A stretch of 64,000 bases of DNA from Mustelus asterias (lineage: Eukaryota): assembly GCF_964213995.1 (NCBI RefSeq), contig NC_135808.1:20336001-20400000 (forward strand), given 5' to 3'. The notes under the pieces were generated by a model. That model worked only from the letters and a program-made list of their open reading frames with translations, did no database searches and was not told the DNA's origin. Shown in pieces: positions 1 to 13,082 of the stretch (its first letter is position 1; every line of letters starts with the position of its first letter). A program made the translations under genes and the position numbers.

Positions 1-578
1 TAACCTGGTGTTGTGAGACTTCTTACTGTGCCCACCCCAGTCCAACGCCGGCATCTCCACATCATAGGAACATAGGGATTAGGAGCAGAAGTTGGCAAAT
101 TCAGCCTTTCCAGCCTGCTCCGCCATTCAATCAGATCATGGCTGATCTCCCCTGGTCTCAGATCCACCTCCCCACCTATTCCCCATGTCCCTTTAACCCT
201 TTTCAAAATGAGAATTGTATCTATCTCTTGAAACCATTTAATGATTCAGATTCCACTGCGCTCTGCGGCTGTGAGAAGTAGTTCCTCCTCAACTCAGTTT
301 TAAATCTACTGCCTCTCAACCTTTCTTTATTCATACATGGGACATGGGCGTCACTGGCTGGCCAGCATTTATTGTCTCTCCCTCTTTGCCCAAGGGCAGT
401 TGAGAGTCAACCATGTTGCTGTGGCTCTCGAGTCACATGTAGGCCAGACTAGGTAAGGATGGCAGATTTCCTTCCCTAAAGGACAACAGTGGAACAGATG
501 GGTTTTACAACAATCGGCAATGGTTTACATGGTTATCAGTAGATTCTCAATTCCAGATTTTTAAAATTTAAATTCAAA

Positions 579-891
579 TGGGTGGCATGGTGGCACAGTG
601 GTTAGTACGGCTGCCTCGCAGTGCCAGGGACCCGGGTTCAGTTCCCGTCTTGGGTCACTGTCTGTGTGGAGTTTGCACGTTCTCCCTGTGTCTGCGCGGG
701 TTTCCTCCGGGTGCTCCGGTTTCCTCCCACAGTCCAAAGATGTGTGGGTTAGGTGGATTGGCCATGCTAAATTGCCCCTTAGTGTCAAGGGGGGAATAGC
801 ATGGAGTTATGTGGATAGGGCCTGGGTAGGATCGTGGTTGGTGCAGACTAGATGGGCCGAATGGCCTCCTTCTTCACTGTAGGATTCTATA
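579..891 (+). mobile_element. tRNA-derived V-SINE (HE1-type), inserted into a second SINE family (328-975)
   Basis: A box GGTGGCACAGTGG, B box GGTTCAGTTCCC, conserved core GTGTGGAGTTTGCACGTTCTCCC..GGTTTCCTCCGGGTGCTCCGGTTTCCTCCCACA, CR1-like tail. Confidence 0.9.
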
Positions 892-1304
892 AATTGCACA
901 ACTCGGGTCCCCAGAATATTAGCTGAGTTTCTGGATTATTAGTCTAGCGTTCACACCACTAGGCCATCCCCTCCCCAAGTCACTTCAGCTCTCAGTCTTA
1001 TTCTTATATAGCCGTCGTCCTATATTGTTTCCGTGAAGCATGTTCACTGAACTGTGCATCATATTTCGATCAGGCATTTGGCAATGTTTTGCACACGACA
1101 GTGCGTTTAAGGTCCATAGATGAGAAACACTGCTCCATCTTCTCGGACAGCTGGTGCCTTGAGTGTTTCTGCCGTGACTGTGTTTTACCTATTCTGGCTC
1201 ATACTTCATTCCTATTATGTCCCAGGTTGTTTCAGGGACCGAGTGAGGAAACCGGTGGCTCTGACCACCAGACTGCAATCCTCTCTGCCGCCAGGAGTGG
1301 CAGA

Positions 1305-1364
1305 GAGTGGACCTGCAGAGCACCACGAGTGGACCTGCAGAGCACCACGAGTGGACCTGCAGAG
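1305..1364 (+). repeat. 22-bp tandem repeat GAGTGGACCTGCAGAGCACCAC x2.7
   Basis: Exact copies start at 1305, 1327 and 1349. Confidence 0.9.
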
Positions 1365-3315
1365 TTTGACTGGCTGTTCTGTCTGGAGACAATACATATC
1401 TTTTTAGCCTGTCTTGATGCTCTCTCCACTCACGTTGTTTGTATCTTAAAGACTTGATTCGCTGTAAGTATTCGCATTCCAACCATTATTCATGAAAATT
1501 GAGTCTGTGTCTTTATATGCCCTGTTTGTGAACAGAATTCCCACTCACCTGAAGAAGGGGCTTGGAGCTCCGAAAGCTTGTGTGGCTTTTGCTACCAAAT
1601 AAACCTGTTGGACTTTAACCTGGTGTTGTTAAACTTCTTGCCAGGAGTGGCGCCAGAGGATTGTAGGACTCTCAAAGTTGTACCCTTGTTTAAAAATGGG
1701 ATGCAGGAACAACCCAAACAATTACAGGGCAGTTATCTTTACTTAGGTAAGAATCATAGAATCCCGACAATACAGAAGGAGACCATTCGACCCAACGAGT
1801 CTGCACCAACAACAATCCCACCTCGGCCTTATCCTTGTAACCCACATACTTACCCCGTTAATTCCTCTAACCTATGCATCCCAGGACACTCAGGAGCAAT
1901 TTAGCAAGGCCAATGCACCTAACCCGCGCATCTTTGGACTGCGGGCATATTATTGGAATCATTTCTACAGGACAGGGTAAAGCCTCATTGAGAAAGGTAT
2001 AGATTTGCTGAGGGAAGTCATCATGAAGTTTTGAGGGAGGGCCTCGTCTGACTATTGTGATTGAATTCTCTTTGAGGATTCGCATGTAAGGTTGCAGAGA
2101 GCAGTGGTCCTGGTCTACATGGACATTAACGAGGCTTTAGACGAGGTCCCCACATGGCAGGCTGTTGAATCAGTAAAAGCTCCTCGGACACCAAAGTAGC
2201 AAGGCAAATTAGATACAAAATTGACTTCCTTACAGCAAGCAAAGGGTGATAGCTGTTGTCAATGCGATTCTGCTGGGTTCAGTACTCCATCCATTGATCC
2301 TGACAGTTCATGATGACCATTTGGACTCCGATGAAGGGGGCAGATGATACACAAAATAGTGGTGTAGTTGACAGCGAGGAGGTAAGTTGTGGGCATGGGA
2401 ATGCAAGAAGAGGGGAAAGGGGCCGAGTGGACTCAAAGGCAAGGGCGTGGGAATGACTGTCGGTGACCCATCTCGCAGTTCTGATCCTCAATCGGGCTCT
2501 GATTGGGAATGACCCCACGGCACGCCCAACTCCCTGCCTTCCGGAGAATGCGAATGCCATTTAATCCGTCGGCCGCCACTGAATTGTGGTGGACTCAGGG
2601 ATAGTTGCTATGAAACAGCTGATGTATGAGTCTAAATCACAGCCCACCGTCAATGGATGGGATTCGCACATCTGCCCTACCCGCTCCTACTAAAATAGGG
2701 CTAGGTCTCCAAATTCCAGGAATTCGGTGGGCATATTCCCGTTCAATCTGGGGGAAGATTTGCGGGTTAACCCTTAACCCTTAACCCTTTCCCCGCCAAC
2801 ATGCCCGCTCATGGTGCCTAAATGAAAATCTACCCTATTCCTCAGGGAAGGTGTGTGAATGTTGCATGACAAACGGAAATGTGAGGCTGGAACATTTGGG
2901 AATCATCATGTTAATGGCAGCGCTGAAGAAATGTCAATCTCCAACTACCCATTACTTTCTTGCCAGTAACAGTGACCCACATCAATAATATTGCTTTAAA
3001 TTAATTGATGGGATGTGGGCATTGCTGCCTACCTCATCAATTACTGCCCATCACTAATTGCCCTTTAAGAAGGTGATGGGAAGCTGCCTTCTTGAAACAC
3101 TGCAGTCACTGTGGTGCAGGTACACCCACAGTGCTGTTAGGGAGGGAACTCCAGGATTTTGACCCAGCTGCAGGGAAGGAACGGCTGGTATATTTTCAAG
3201 TCAGGATGGTGAATGGCTTATAATTGTTTAGTTTCTCCTGATCAATGTTCCTCCCCTTACTGAACACAACAACATTAAGAGTCATAGAATTTTACACCAG
3301 AAAAAGAGACCCTTA

Positions 3316-3618
3316 TCTTATAATTTTATATTTATTAGTGTCACAAGCAGGCTTACATTAACACTGCAATGAAGTGACTGTGAAAATCCCCTCGTCGCCA
3401 CACTCCGGCACCTGTTCGGGTACAGTGAGGGAGAATTTAGCATGGCCAGTGTACTTAACCAACACGTCTTTTGGAAACCGGAGCACCCGGAGGAAACCCA
3501 CGTAGACATGGAGAGAATGTGCAAACTCTACACAGACTGTGACCCAAGCCAGGAACTGAACTCGGGCCCCTAATGCTGTGAGGCAGCAGTACTAACCACT
3601 GTGCCACCGTGCTGCCCA
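3316..3618 (-). mobile_element. V-SINE with alternative 3' tail
   Basis: Same head/core; tail GGGATTTTCACAGT.ACTTCATTGCAGTGTTAATGTAAGCC..CTTGTGACACTAATAAA; also at about 19368-19635, 19710-19890, 40475-40752, 56105-56365. Confidence 0.85.
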
Positions 3619-3709
3619 TACTTGGCCCAACACGTCTGCGCCGGCCACTATACCCCTATCTGTTACAGCACTTGCTCTGTAGCCTTGTATGCTATGCTAT
3701 GTTACATAT

Positions 3710-5898
3710 AGAACATAGAACATAGAACATAGAACATTACAGCGCAGAACAGGCCCTTCGGCCCACGATGTTGCACCGACCAGTTAAAAAAAAAAACTGT
3801 GACCCTCCAACCTAAACCAATTTCTTTTCGTCCATGAACCTATCTACGGATCTCTTAAACGCCCCCAAACTAGGTGCATTTACTACTGATGCTGGCAGGG
3901 CATTCCAATCCCTCACCACCCTCTGGGTAAAGAACCTACCCCTGACATCGGTTCTATAACTACCCCCCCTCAATTTAAAGCCATGCCCCCTCGTGCTGGA
4001 TTTCTCCATCAGAGGAAAAAGGCTATCACTATCCACCCTATCTAAACCTCTAATCATCTTATATGTTTCAATAAGATCCCCTCTTAGCCGCCGCCTTTCC
4101 AGCGAAAACAATCCCAAATCCCTCAGCCTCTCCTCATAGGATCTCCCCTCCATACCAGGCAACATCCTGGTAAACCTCCTCTGCACCCTCTCCAAAGCCT
4201 CCACATCCTTCCTGTAATGTGGGGACCAGAACTGCACACAGTACTCCAAGTGCGGCCGCACCAGAGTTGTGTACAGTTGCAACATAACGCTACGACTCCT
4301 AAATTCAATCCCCCTACCAATAAACGCCAAGACACCATATGCCTTCTTAACAACCTTATCTACTTGATTCCCAACTTTCAGGGATCTATGCACACATACA
4401 CCTAGATCCCTCTGCTCCTCCACACTATTCAAAGTCCTCCCGTTAGCCCTATACTCAACACAACTGTTATTCCTACCAAAGTGAATTACCTCACACTTCT
4501 CCGCATTAAACTCCATCCGCCACCTCTCGGCCCAACTTTGCAACCTGTCTAAGTCTTCCTGCAGACTACGACACCCTTCCTCACTGTCTACCACACCACC
4601 GACTTTGGTGTCATCAGCAAATTTGCTAATCCACCCAACTATACCCTCATCCAGATCATTAATAAATATTACAAACAGCAGTGGCCCCAAAACAGATCCC
4701 TGAGGTACACCACTTGTAACCGCACTCCATGATGAATATTTACTATCAACCACCACCCTCTGTTTCCTATCCGCTAGCCAATTCCTGATCCAATTTCCTA
4801 GATCACCCCCAATCCCATACATCTGCATTTTCTGCAGAAGCCTACCATGGTGAACCTTATCAAACGCCTTACTAAAATCCATATATACCACGTCCACTGC
4901 CTTGCCCCCATCCACCTCCTTGGTCACTTTCTCAAAAAACTCAATAAGGTTAGTAAGGCACGACCTACCTGCCACAAAACCATGCTGACTATCACCTATC
5001 AATTCATTACTCTCCAAATAACTATAAATCCTATCCCTTATAATTTTTTCCAACATCTTGCCGACAACAGAAGTGAGACTCACCGGTCTATAATTCCCGG
5101 GGAAGTCTCTGTTCCCCTTCTTAAACAATGGGACAACATTCGCTAACCTCCAATCTTCTGGTACTATACCAGAGGCCAACGACGACCTGAAGATCAGAGC
5201 CAGAGGCGCTGCAATCACTTCTCTTGCCTCCCAGAGAATCCTTGGATAAATCCCATCCGGACCAGGGGATTTATCTATTTTCAGACCCTCCAGAATATCC
5301 TGCACATCCTCCTTATCAACTGTAATACTGTCTATTCTACTCCCTTGCAACCCAGTGTCCTCCTCAGCTATATTCATGTCCCCTTGCGTGAACACCGAAG
5401 AGAAATATTGGTTCAATGCTTCACCAATCTCCTCCGGTTCCACACATAACTTCCCTCTGCCATCTATAACTGGCCCTAAACTTGCCCTAACCAACCTTCT
5501 GTTCTTGACATACCTATAGAACGCCTTAGGATTCTCTTTAACCCTATCCGCCAAAGTCTTCTCATGTCCCCTTTTAGCCCTTCTAAGCTTGCTCTTCAAC
5601 TCCCTCTTAGCCAATCTAAAGCTTTCTAGTGCACTACCCGAGTGCTCACGTCTCATCCGAACATAAGCCTCCTTTTTCTTTTTAACCAACAAAGAAACTT
5701 TTTTGGTGCACCACGGTTCCCTAGCCCTACCAATTCCTCCTTGCCTGACAGGGACATACCTATCACAGACTCGCAGTAGCTGCTCCTTGAAAAAACTCCA
5801 CATGTCGGACGTTCCCAGTCCCTGTAATCTCCTAGTCCAACCTATGTTTCCTAATTCTCTCCTAATAGCCTCATAATTACCCTTCCCCCAGCTAAAAC
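3710..5898 (-). mobile_element. Young 5'-truncated CR1-clade LINE (HER1-like) with uninterrupted ORF2 RT region (663-aa ORF 3812-5803)
   Basis: RT motifs PGPDG, GNYRPVSLTS, SQHGF, DFSKAFD, GVPQGSVLGP, KFADD; CR1 C-terminus LERRRLRGDLI; 3' (TAGAACA)n tail; possible CATAT TSD; endonuclease domain absent. Confidence 0.95.
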
Positions 5899-5950
5899 CA
5901 TATGACCAAATGGATTAGGTACTGTTTAAACCCTTTGTATCCATACTTAC

Positions 5951-6066
5951 CAGCACAGGAAATGGAACTTTAGGTACGAAGTAGCCGCTTGTCTTTGTCA
6001 AATCGATCACATAGGGCGAGGAGACAAACTTGATATTTTTGATTTCGATTTCCTCCATTTGGCCAC
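5951..6066 (-). CDS. C4: Complement C4 exon 10 (SGQMEEIEIKNIKFVSSPYVIDLTKTSGYFVPKVPFPVL)
   Basis: CAG/GTAAGT, 116 nt; resembles C4 GGEMEEAE..FVSSPFSLDLSKT..VPGAPF. Later exons not found in the window. Confidence 0.94.
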
Positions 6067-7699
6067 CTGTAGGAACAAAGCAGGGTACATGTATTTTAAT
6101 TCATCATTGCATTATTAGGGAAGGAAATCTGCCATCCTTACCCAGTCTGGCCTACACGTGACTCCAGAGCCACAGCAATGTGGTTGACTCTCAACTGCCC
6201 AACAGGAGCAGCTAGGGATGGGCAATAAATGCTGGCCAGCCAGCGATGCCCCATATCCCATCAATGAATAGTCATTTTAATTCAAGATACTGATATTTTT
6301 CTGTAATTTTCATGAATGATATTTAATTGCAATCCTAATGTTTAAGTTTGGTTGCAGTCATTTTAATTTTGTCCAGTCAATTCAGCCAGAATTCAACTTT
6401 GGAGAGAAATTTATTAATGATGGACACATTTCAAAATTAATCAGGCAAGACTCCGTCTCCATATTATTTCTATGTTTCTGTCATTGGATGCCATGCCAGT
6501 GGATGTAAATACGAGGAACAAGTACTATCATGAGTCGGCGGCCATTAATTTTGCTGCAATTTTTCTTCTCAATTCTTTCATGGGATGCCCACATCGCTGA
6601 CAAGATGGGCATTTGTTGCCCATTCGTAACTGCCCACTTGAACTGAGTGGCTTGTTGGGCCATTGCAGAGGGCAGTTTCACATTGCTGTAGGTTTTGGAG
6701 TCATATGGTCTTCAGACCAGGTAAGGAAGGTAGATTTCATTCCGGAAAGGTAGTTTATTTCAAAAAAACATCATTCACGGAATTTGAGCATCATTGGCTT
6801 GGCCAGCCTTTATTGCTCAACCCTAATTGTCTTTGAGAAGGTGGCTTTTGAGCTGCCTTTTGAATCACTGCAGTCTCTGTGGTGCAAGTTAGAAAGTCAG
6901 AAACGTGTTTATAAGATTAATCGAATGCTTTCAGTGCAGAAGGAGGCCATTCGGCCCATTGAACAAAGAACAAAGAAAATTCCAGCACAGGAGCAGGCCC
7001 TTTGGCCCTCCAAGCCTGCACCGACAATGCTGCCTGACTTAACTAAAACCCCCTACCCTTCCGGGGACCGTATCCCTCTATTCCCATCCTATTTATGTAT
7101 TTGAGTCTGCACCCATCCTCCACAGAGCATTTTACCCAGGCCCTATCCCCCTAACCCCTTGTACTTACCCCACTAATTCCCCCTAACCTCCACATGTCGG
7201 GACAATTTAGCATGGTCAATCCACCTAATCTGCACATCTTTGGAATGTGGGAGGAAACCGGAGCACCCGGAGGAAACTCACGCAGACGTGGGAAGAATGT
7301 GCAAACTCCACGCAGACAATTCACTCGTTTATGAGATGTAGGTGTATGGTTTCAAGAAAAGTCCACTGTGATCAACTCTGCCGCTGTGAACGCGATTCCT
7401 GTCACCTGGTCCATCCTGTCAAAAATGGCAGGATCAGCAACTTGTACAGGCCCCTGAGGTGCCTAAATATGACATGGCACTGTTTTCGGCATGAAGCCAG
7501 CTCAGGTTCTGCCTCCCCTTCTGCCCTCCACCACCTCCCGCCCCCCCTTTCATTGCTCTCCTATGGTTGTGGGGAATTGCCACACGGACAGAATACTTCA
7601 ATGCAGTTATGGGAGGATAGTCGGTGGCTCCACCGCAGTTTGGGCCACATCTTCAGAATGACTGATGGAAGCGATCGAAAGTTGGAAAGAATCACTTAC

Positions 7700-7826
7700 T
7701 TGCTGTTTCAAAAACAGTTACCGCCATGTAGAAATTGTGCCCCACCAGATCATTTGCTTGCAAAGGTTTGATCTTCTCGAAGAGTTCTTCAGTTTCTAGG
7801 AAAGATTCCGCCACTCCTTTCTTGAG
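7700..7826 (-). CDS. C4: Complement C4 exon 9 (LKKGVAESFLETEELF...NFYMAVTVFETA)
   Basis: TAG/GTAAGT, 127 nt, phases 0->1. Confidence 0.9.
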
Positions 7827-8149
7827 CTATAAGTGAGAATCAAAATGCATATTAGCCCAATCTAATTCAATGGTCTTTATTTTCTCTCAAGTGTTTCCTC
7901 CTGGTCCCGGGCCACTGTATGGCTTACCAGGCTGTGCCCTCTAAATATCAATGATCTTAGATTCAGAATTTAATGTGAGAACCTCAACTTCAACTGGACT
8001 TAAAGCAATTGTTCAAATGTGGAATTTCAGATGTGCCTCTTGAGCCTTGGTAATGAATTCTCCCAAGGTCAGAGTTTCTGTCAGATTCTAATGCATAAAT
8101 TCATAAGATACCTGGGTGGATGCCCAGTCAACGAGCCAATTAACAAACA

Positions 8150-8890
8150 AGGACAAAGAGCAAGAACAAAGAAAAGTACAGCACAGGAACAGGCCCTTCG
8201 GCCCTCCAAGCGTGCGCCGATCATGATGCCTGCCTAAACTAAAACCGTATGCACTTATGGAGTCCATATCCTTCCATTCCCATCCTATTCATGTATTCAT
8301 CTAGTTGCCCTTAAATGCTGCCATGTACCTGCTCCTACCACCTCCCCGGGCAGCGCGTTCCAAACATTCACCACCCTCTGTGTAAAAGACTTGTCTCGCA
8401 CATCTCCTCTAAACTTTTCCCCACGCACCATAAACCTATGTCCCTAATACTTGACTTTTCTACCCTCGGAAAGAGCATCTGACTATTCACTCTGTCCATG
8501 CCACTCATATCAGACCGCCCCTCAACCTCCGCCATTCCAGTGAGAACAAACCGAGTTGATCCAACTTCTGCTCATAGCTAACACCCTCCAGACCAGGCAA
8601 CATCCTGGTAAACCTCTTCTGTACCCTCTCCAAAGCATCCATATCCTTCTGGTAGTGTGGTGACCAGAATTGTACACAATTCTAAATGAGGCTGAACTAA
8701 GGTTCTGTACAACTGCAGCTTAACCTGCAAATTTTTATACTCAATGCCCTGACCGATGAAGGCAAGCATGCCATATGGCTTCTTGACTACCTTATCCACC
8801 TGCATTGCCACTTTCAGTATCCATGGACAAATATGCCCAGATCGCTTTGCCTGTCAATATTCCTAAGGGTTCCACCATTTACTGTATAAC
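8150..8890 (-). mobile_element. Degenerate CR1 LINE 3' fragment
   Basis: Frameshifted QVDKVVKK..YGMLAFI..GIEYK..LQLYRTLV.PHLE; similar to the 3710-5898 element. Confidence 0.85.
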
Positions 8891-9227
8891 CTCAAACAAA
8901 CTCCGGTGGAAATAAGTCAAGGGCAGTAGCTTAAAACTAGGGAGGACAAATCGATCATCCATTTTACATTTTTGACCATTAGACTTTTGAATGCTACCTA
9001 TATTAAGCTGATCCTTCTCTAAACCCGAGCTATGACTGTAATATTACCTTCTGCACCCTCTCCTTTCCTTCTCCCCTATGTACTCTATGCAGAGTATGCA
9101 TTGTCTGTGTAGCACGCAAGAAACAATACTTTTCACTGTATACTTACATATGACAATAATAAATCAAATCAAATGCCCTGCCAATTTTATGACCCAACAA
9201 ATTCAGGCGACTGATTCAACACTTCGA

Positions 9228-9535
9228 ATCATAGAATCCTACAGTGCAGAAGGAGGCCATTTGGCCCATCAAGTTTGTGCTGACCACAATCCCCCCAGGC
9301 CCTAATTCCGTAACCACCCTTTTAATCCCCTAACACTAAGGGGCAATTTAGCATGGCCAATCCAGCTGACCTGCACATCTTTGTGCTGTGGGAGGAAACT
9401 GGAGCACCCGGAGGAAACCCACACAGACACGGGGAGAACATACAAACTCCACACAGTCACCCGAGGGTGGAATTGAACCCGGGTCCCTGGCACTGTGAGG
9501 CAGCAGTGCTCACCACTATGCCACCTTGCTGCCTT
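9228..9535 (-). mobile_element. HE1-type SINE
   Basis: Full head/core/tail; further minus-strand copies at about 1760-1945, 7100-7318, 10495-10910, 12012-13127 (split), 17640-17999, 19935-20115, 21127-21270. Confidence 0.88.
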
Positions 9536-9960
9536 TTCATCCCAAAGGGAAATCGCAGCCCGTTGTACTACTACTTAGGCTGACTATATATTAAGAATTC
9601 TGCTGTAGCGCCTCAGGTGCCCTGGATTTGAAGTCACACACCTTGATTAAAATAAGTGATCGCAAAGCTGTGGGTCTGGAAGATCATAACCCTTGCAGAA
9701 TGTGTGTCCCTGACACGAAAGGGAGCTTTTCGGTCTAGGTTTACATTCCCACATCTGGGAGTTCGATGGTATCCCTTCTCCCTTTGTATTCCAACAACGG
9801 TGTTTATTTATTAAGGCCAAGATATCTACCAATTATTAAACCTGTGCAACCTGCTAACACTAACTTTCTTGTTAAAATTATAATAAATTCCCATTTCTCA
9901 TGTAGTCTTTTTTGCTGAATCCCGCTAGTTTCTGAAGGTGGGCGGTGGGGAAGCTCTCAC

Positions 9961-10066
9961 CTGCAGCTGTTGTTCCAGGCCCCGCAGGTATTCAAGTTTG
10001 CCTGTTTCATCAATAACTCCAAATCTCACATATGCCATTCCGTCCACTCTTTCTCCGTATGTGTAG
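9961..10066 (-). CDS. C4: Complement C4 exon 8 (DYTYGERVDGMAYVRFGVIDETGKLEYLRGLEQQLQ)
   Basis: AAG/GTGAGA, 106 nt; AYVRFG...RGLE matches C4 (human [21 protein letters not shown]) rather than C3 or C5. Confidence 0.95.
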
Positions 10067-11329
10067 CTTTAACAGATACCCAGAGGTGCGTTACTTGAAA
10101 TGTACCAGACATCAACTGAATAAAAAAATCCCAACAGAGAAACACAACTCAACAGTTTTGGCTTTGGCTCATGAAACATAAGAACTAGGAGCAGGAGTAG
10201 GCCATCTGGCCCCTCCAACCTGTTCAGCCATTCAGCAGGATCATGGCTGGTCTTTTCGTTGACTCAGCTCCACTTACCCGCCCGCTCACCATAACCTTTA
10301 ATTCCTTTACTGTTCAGAAATTTATCTATCCTTGCCTTAAAAACACTCAATGAGGTAGCCTCAACTACTTCACTGGCCAGAGAATACCACAAATTCACAA
10401 CCCTTTGTGTGAAGAAGTTCAGCCTCAATTCAGTCCTAAATTTGCTCCCCCTTAGTTGAGAAGGAACTTCTTCATCTTCGTCTATGCTGAGTTCATAGAA
10501 TCATAGAAACGTATAGTGCAGAAGGAGGCCATTCAGCCCATCGAATGTACACTGATAACAATCCCACTAGGCTCTATCCCCATAATCCAATGCATTTATC
10601 CTAGCCGGACTATGGCGACTAGGGGAATTTCACAGTAACTTCATTGCAGTGTTAATGTAAGCCTTATTTGTGACGAATAAATAAACTCTTACTTTACTTT
10701 ACTCAGCTAGTGCTCCTGACGCTAAGGGGCAATTTAGTATCATTAAGCCACCTAATCCGCACATCTTTGGACTGTGGGAAGAAACAGGAGCACCTGGAGG
10801 AAACCCACGCAGACATGGGGAGAACGTGCAGACTCCAGACAGACAGTGATCCAAGCGGGAATCGAACCCGGGTCTGTGGTGCTGCGAGGCTGCAGTGCTA
10901 ATCACTGTTCCCGAAGTGTTTGTATAAAACTATAACGAGCTCAGGCAATATCCGCAGAGAGAGAAGCGGAGTTAACATTATACGTCTGTGTTCTGATTTC
11001 TGATGATAGGACGCAGACCTGAAATGTAACTTTGTGCCTCTCAACACTGATGCAGCCAATCTGCCGAGTATTCAGTGAATTTTCTGTTTTTCTTTCATTT
11101 TTCCATAATCTCAGAGATTTAGCTTAGTGTCTGTCTAATGTCTTGTCAGATTTGGCTCAATTAACTTGAAAAAGAAAATTTTGATAAATAGATCCTTGCT
11201 TCATTGAAAGCCTGAATTCCCTATCCAACGGGAGGATGGTCAATGGGAGAGGTGGGTCAGCTTGAGAACAAAGCTCATGCCCACATTCGGGAGGTGAATA
11301 CTGACATGTTCTTTCCAAAGCATTACCAC

Positions 11330-12010
11330 TATCTTTATACACTTATGACTGTGGCCAAATTCTGCCCAACTCCATTTTCCAGTTTGCTAATGACACCAGT
11401 GTAGTGGGTCAGATCTGATATGGTGAACTGGTGCAACGACAATAATCTCTCTCGCAATGTCAATAAAATGAAAGAGATAGTCATCAACCTCAGGAAGCAT
11501 GGTGGAGGACATGCCCCTATCGACATCAATGGTGATGAAGTGGAGATGGTGGAAAGCTTCAAGTTTCTAGGTGTTCAGATCACCAACCACCTGTCCTGGA
11601 CCCCCCACACTGACACTATAGTTAAGAAAGACCACCAACGCCTTTACTTTCTCAGGAGGTTAAGGAAATTTGGCATCTCCACTCCAACTCTCACAATTCT
11701 TTACAGATGCACCATAGAAAGCATTCTTTCTGGATGTATCGCAGCTTGGTATGGCTCCTGCTCTGACCAAGACCACAAGAAACTAGAAGGATTGTGAACG
11801 AAGCCCAGTCCATTGCGCAACCCAATCTCCCATCCATTGACTCTGTCTGCACTTCCTGTTGCTTCAGAAAAGCCGCCAGCATAATCAAAGACCCCACACA
11901 CCCTGGACATTCTCTCTTCCACCTTCTCCTGACGGGAAAAAGATACAAAAGTCTGAAAGCACGTAACGACAGACTCAGAACAGCTTCTTCCCTGCTGTCA
12001 TCAAACTTTT
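11330..12010 (+). mobile_element. Rex1/Babar-type LINE 3' fragment (tail resumes at about 13130-13327 after nested insertions)
   Basis: ORF WCNDNNL..NV.K.KEIVI..RK...VESFKFLGV.I...LSW......VKK..QRLYFLRRLRKFG...YRCTIESIL; tail ends in (AATCA)n, tail copies at about 8975-9173, 16740-16866, 29345-29478. Confidence 0.85.
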
Positions 12011-12294
12011 CATAGAACCATAGAATACCTATAATGTAGGAGGGGTCCATTCAGCCCCTCGTGTCTGCACAACAACAATCCCACTGAGGCCCTATCCCCA
12101 TAACCCATGTATTTACCCTGCTAGTCCCCCTGACACTACGTGACCAATCCAGCGATCTTGCACATCTTTGGACTGTGGGAGGAAACCGGAGCACCTGGAG
12201 GAAACCCACACAGACACAGGGAGAATGTGTAGACACCACACAGACAGCCACCCGAGGCCGGAATTGAACCCAGGTCCCTGGCACTGTTTGAGGC

Positions 12295-13082
12295 CATGAT
12301 GTGGAGATGCCAGCATTGGACTGGGGTAAACACAGTAAGAAGTCTCACAACACCAGGTTAAAGTCCAACAGGTTTATTTGGTAGCACAAGCCACTAGCTT
12401 TGGGAGCGCTGCCCCTTCGTCAGGTGAGTGGGAGTTCTGTTCAGAAACAGGGCATATAAAGACACAAACTCAATTTACAAAATAATGGTTGGAATGCGAG
12501 TCTTTACAGGTAATCAAGTCTTAAAGGTACAGACAATGTAAGTGGAGAGAGGGTTAAGCACAGGTTAAAGAGATGTGTATTGTCTCCAGCCAGGACAGTT
12601 AGTCAGATTTTGCAAGCCCAGGTAAGTCATGGGGGTTACAGAGAGTGTGACATGAACCCAAGATCCTGGTTGAGGCCGTCCTCATGTGTGCGGAACTTGG
12701 CTATCAGTCTCTGCTCAGCGACTCTGCGCTGTTGGTGTTGTGAAGGCCGCCTTGGAGAACGCTTACCCGAAGATCAGAGGCCGAATGCCAGTGACCGCTG
12801 AAGTGTTCCCCAATAGGAAGAGAACACTCTTACCTGGAGCCTGGATCTCTTTAACCTGTGCTTAACCCTCTCTCCACTCATATTGTCTGTACCTTTATGA
12901 CTTGATGACCTGTATAGACTCGCATTCCAACAATTATTTTGTAAATTGAGTTTGTGTCTTTATATACCCTGTTTGTGAACAGAACTCCCACTCATTTGAT
13001 GAAGGGGCAGCGCTCCGAAACCTCGTGGCTTGTGCTACCAAATAAACCTGTTGGACTTTAACCTGGTGTTGTGAAACTTCTT
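12295..13082. mobile_element. Penelope-like element, inverted pseudo-LTR arrangement, inserted into a SINE
   Basis: About 250-bp inverted arms; GIY-YIG C-terminal remnant on minus strand; TSD ACTGT(T/G)TGAGGC at 12283-12294 and 13083-13094. Confidence 0.82.

Noticed and set aside
561-882. Many recurring 60-120 aa ORFs (GSLSVWSLHVLPVSAWVSSGCSGF, CGRKPEHPEETHADTGR)
   Set aside because: Translations of HE1-type SINE copies, not genes.
1305-1364. Short direct repeats suggesting a CRISPR-like array
   Set aside because: Contiguous identical units with no unique spacers, in a eukaryotic context.
2766-2788. (TTAACCC)3 resembling an interstitial telomere
   Set aside because: The unit is a 7-mer, not vertebrate TTAGGG/CCCTAA, and there are only three copies.
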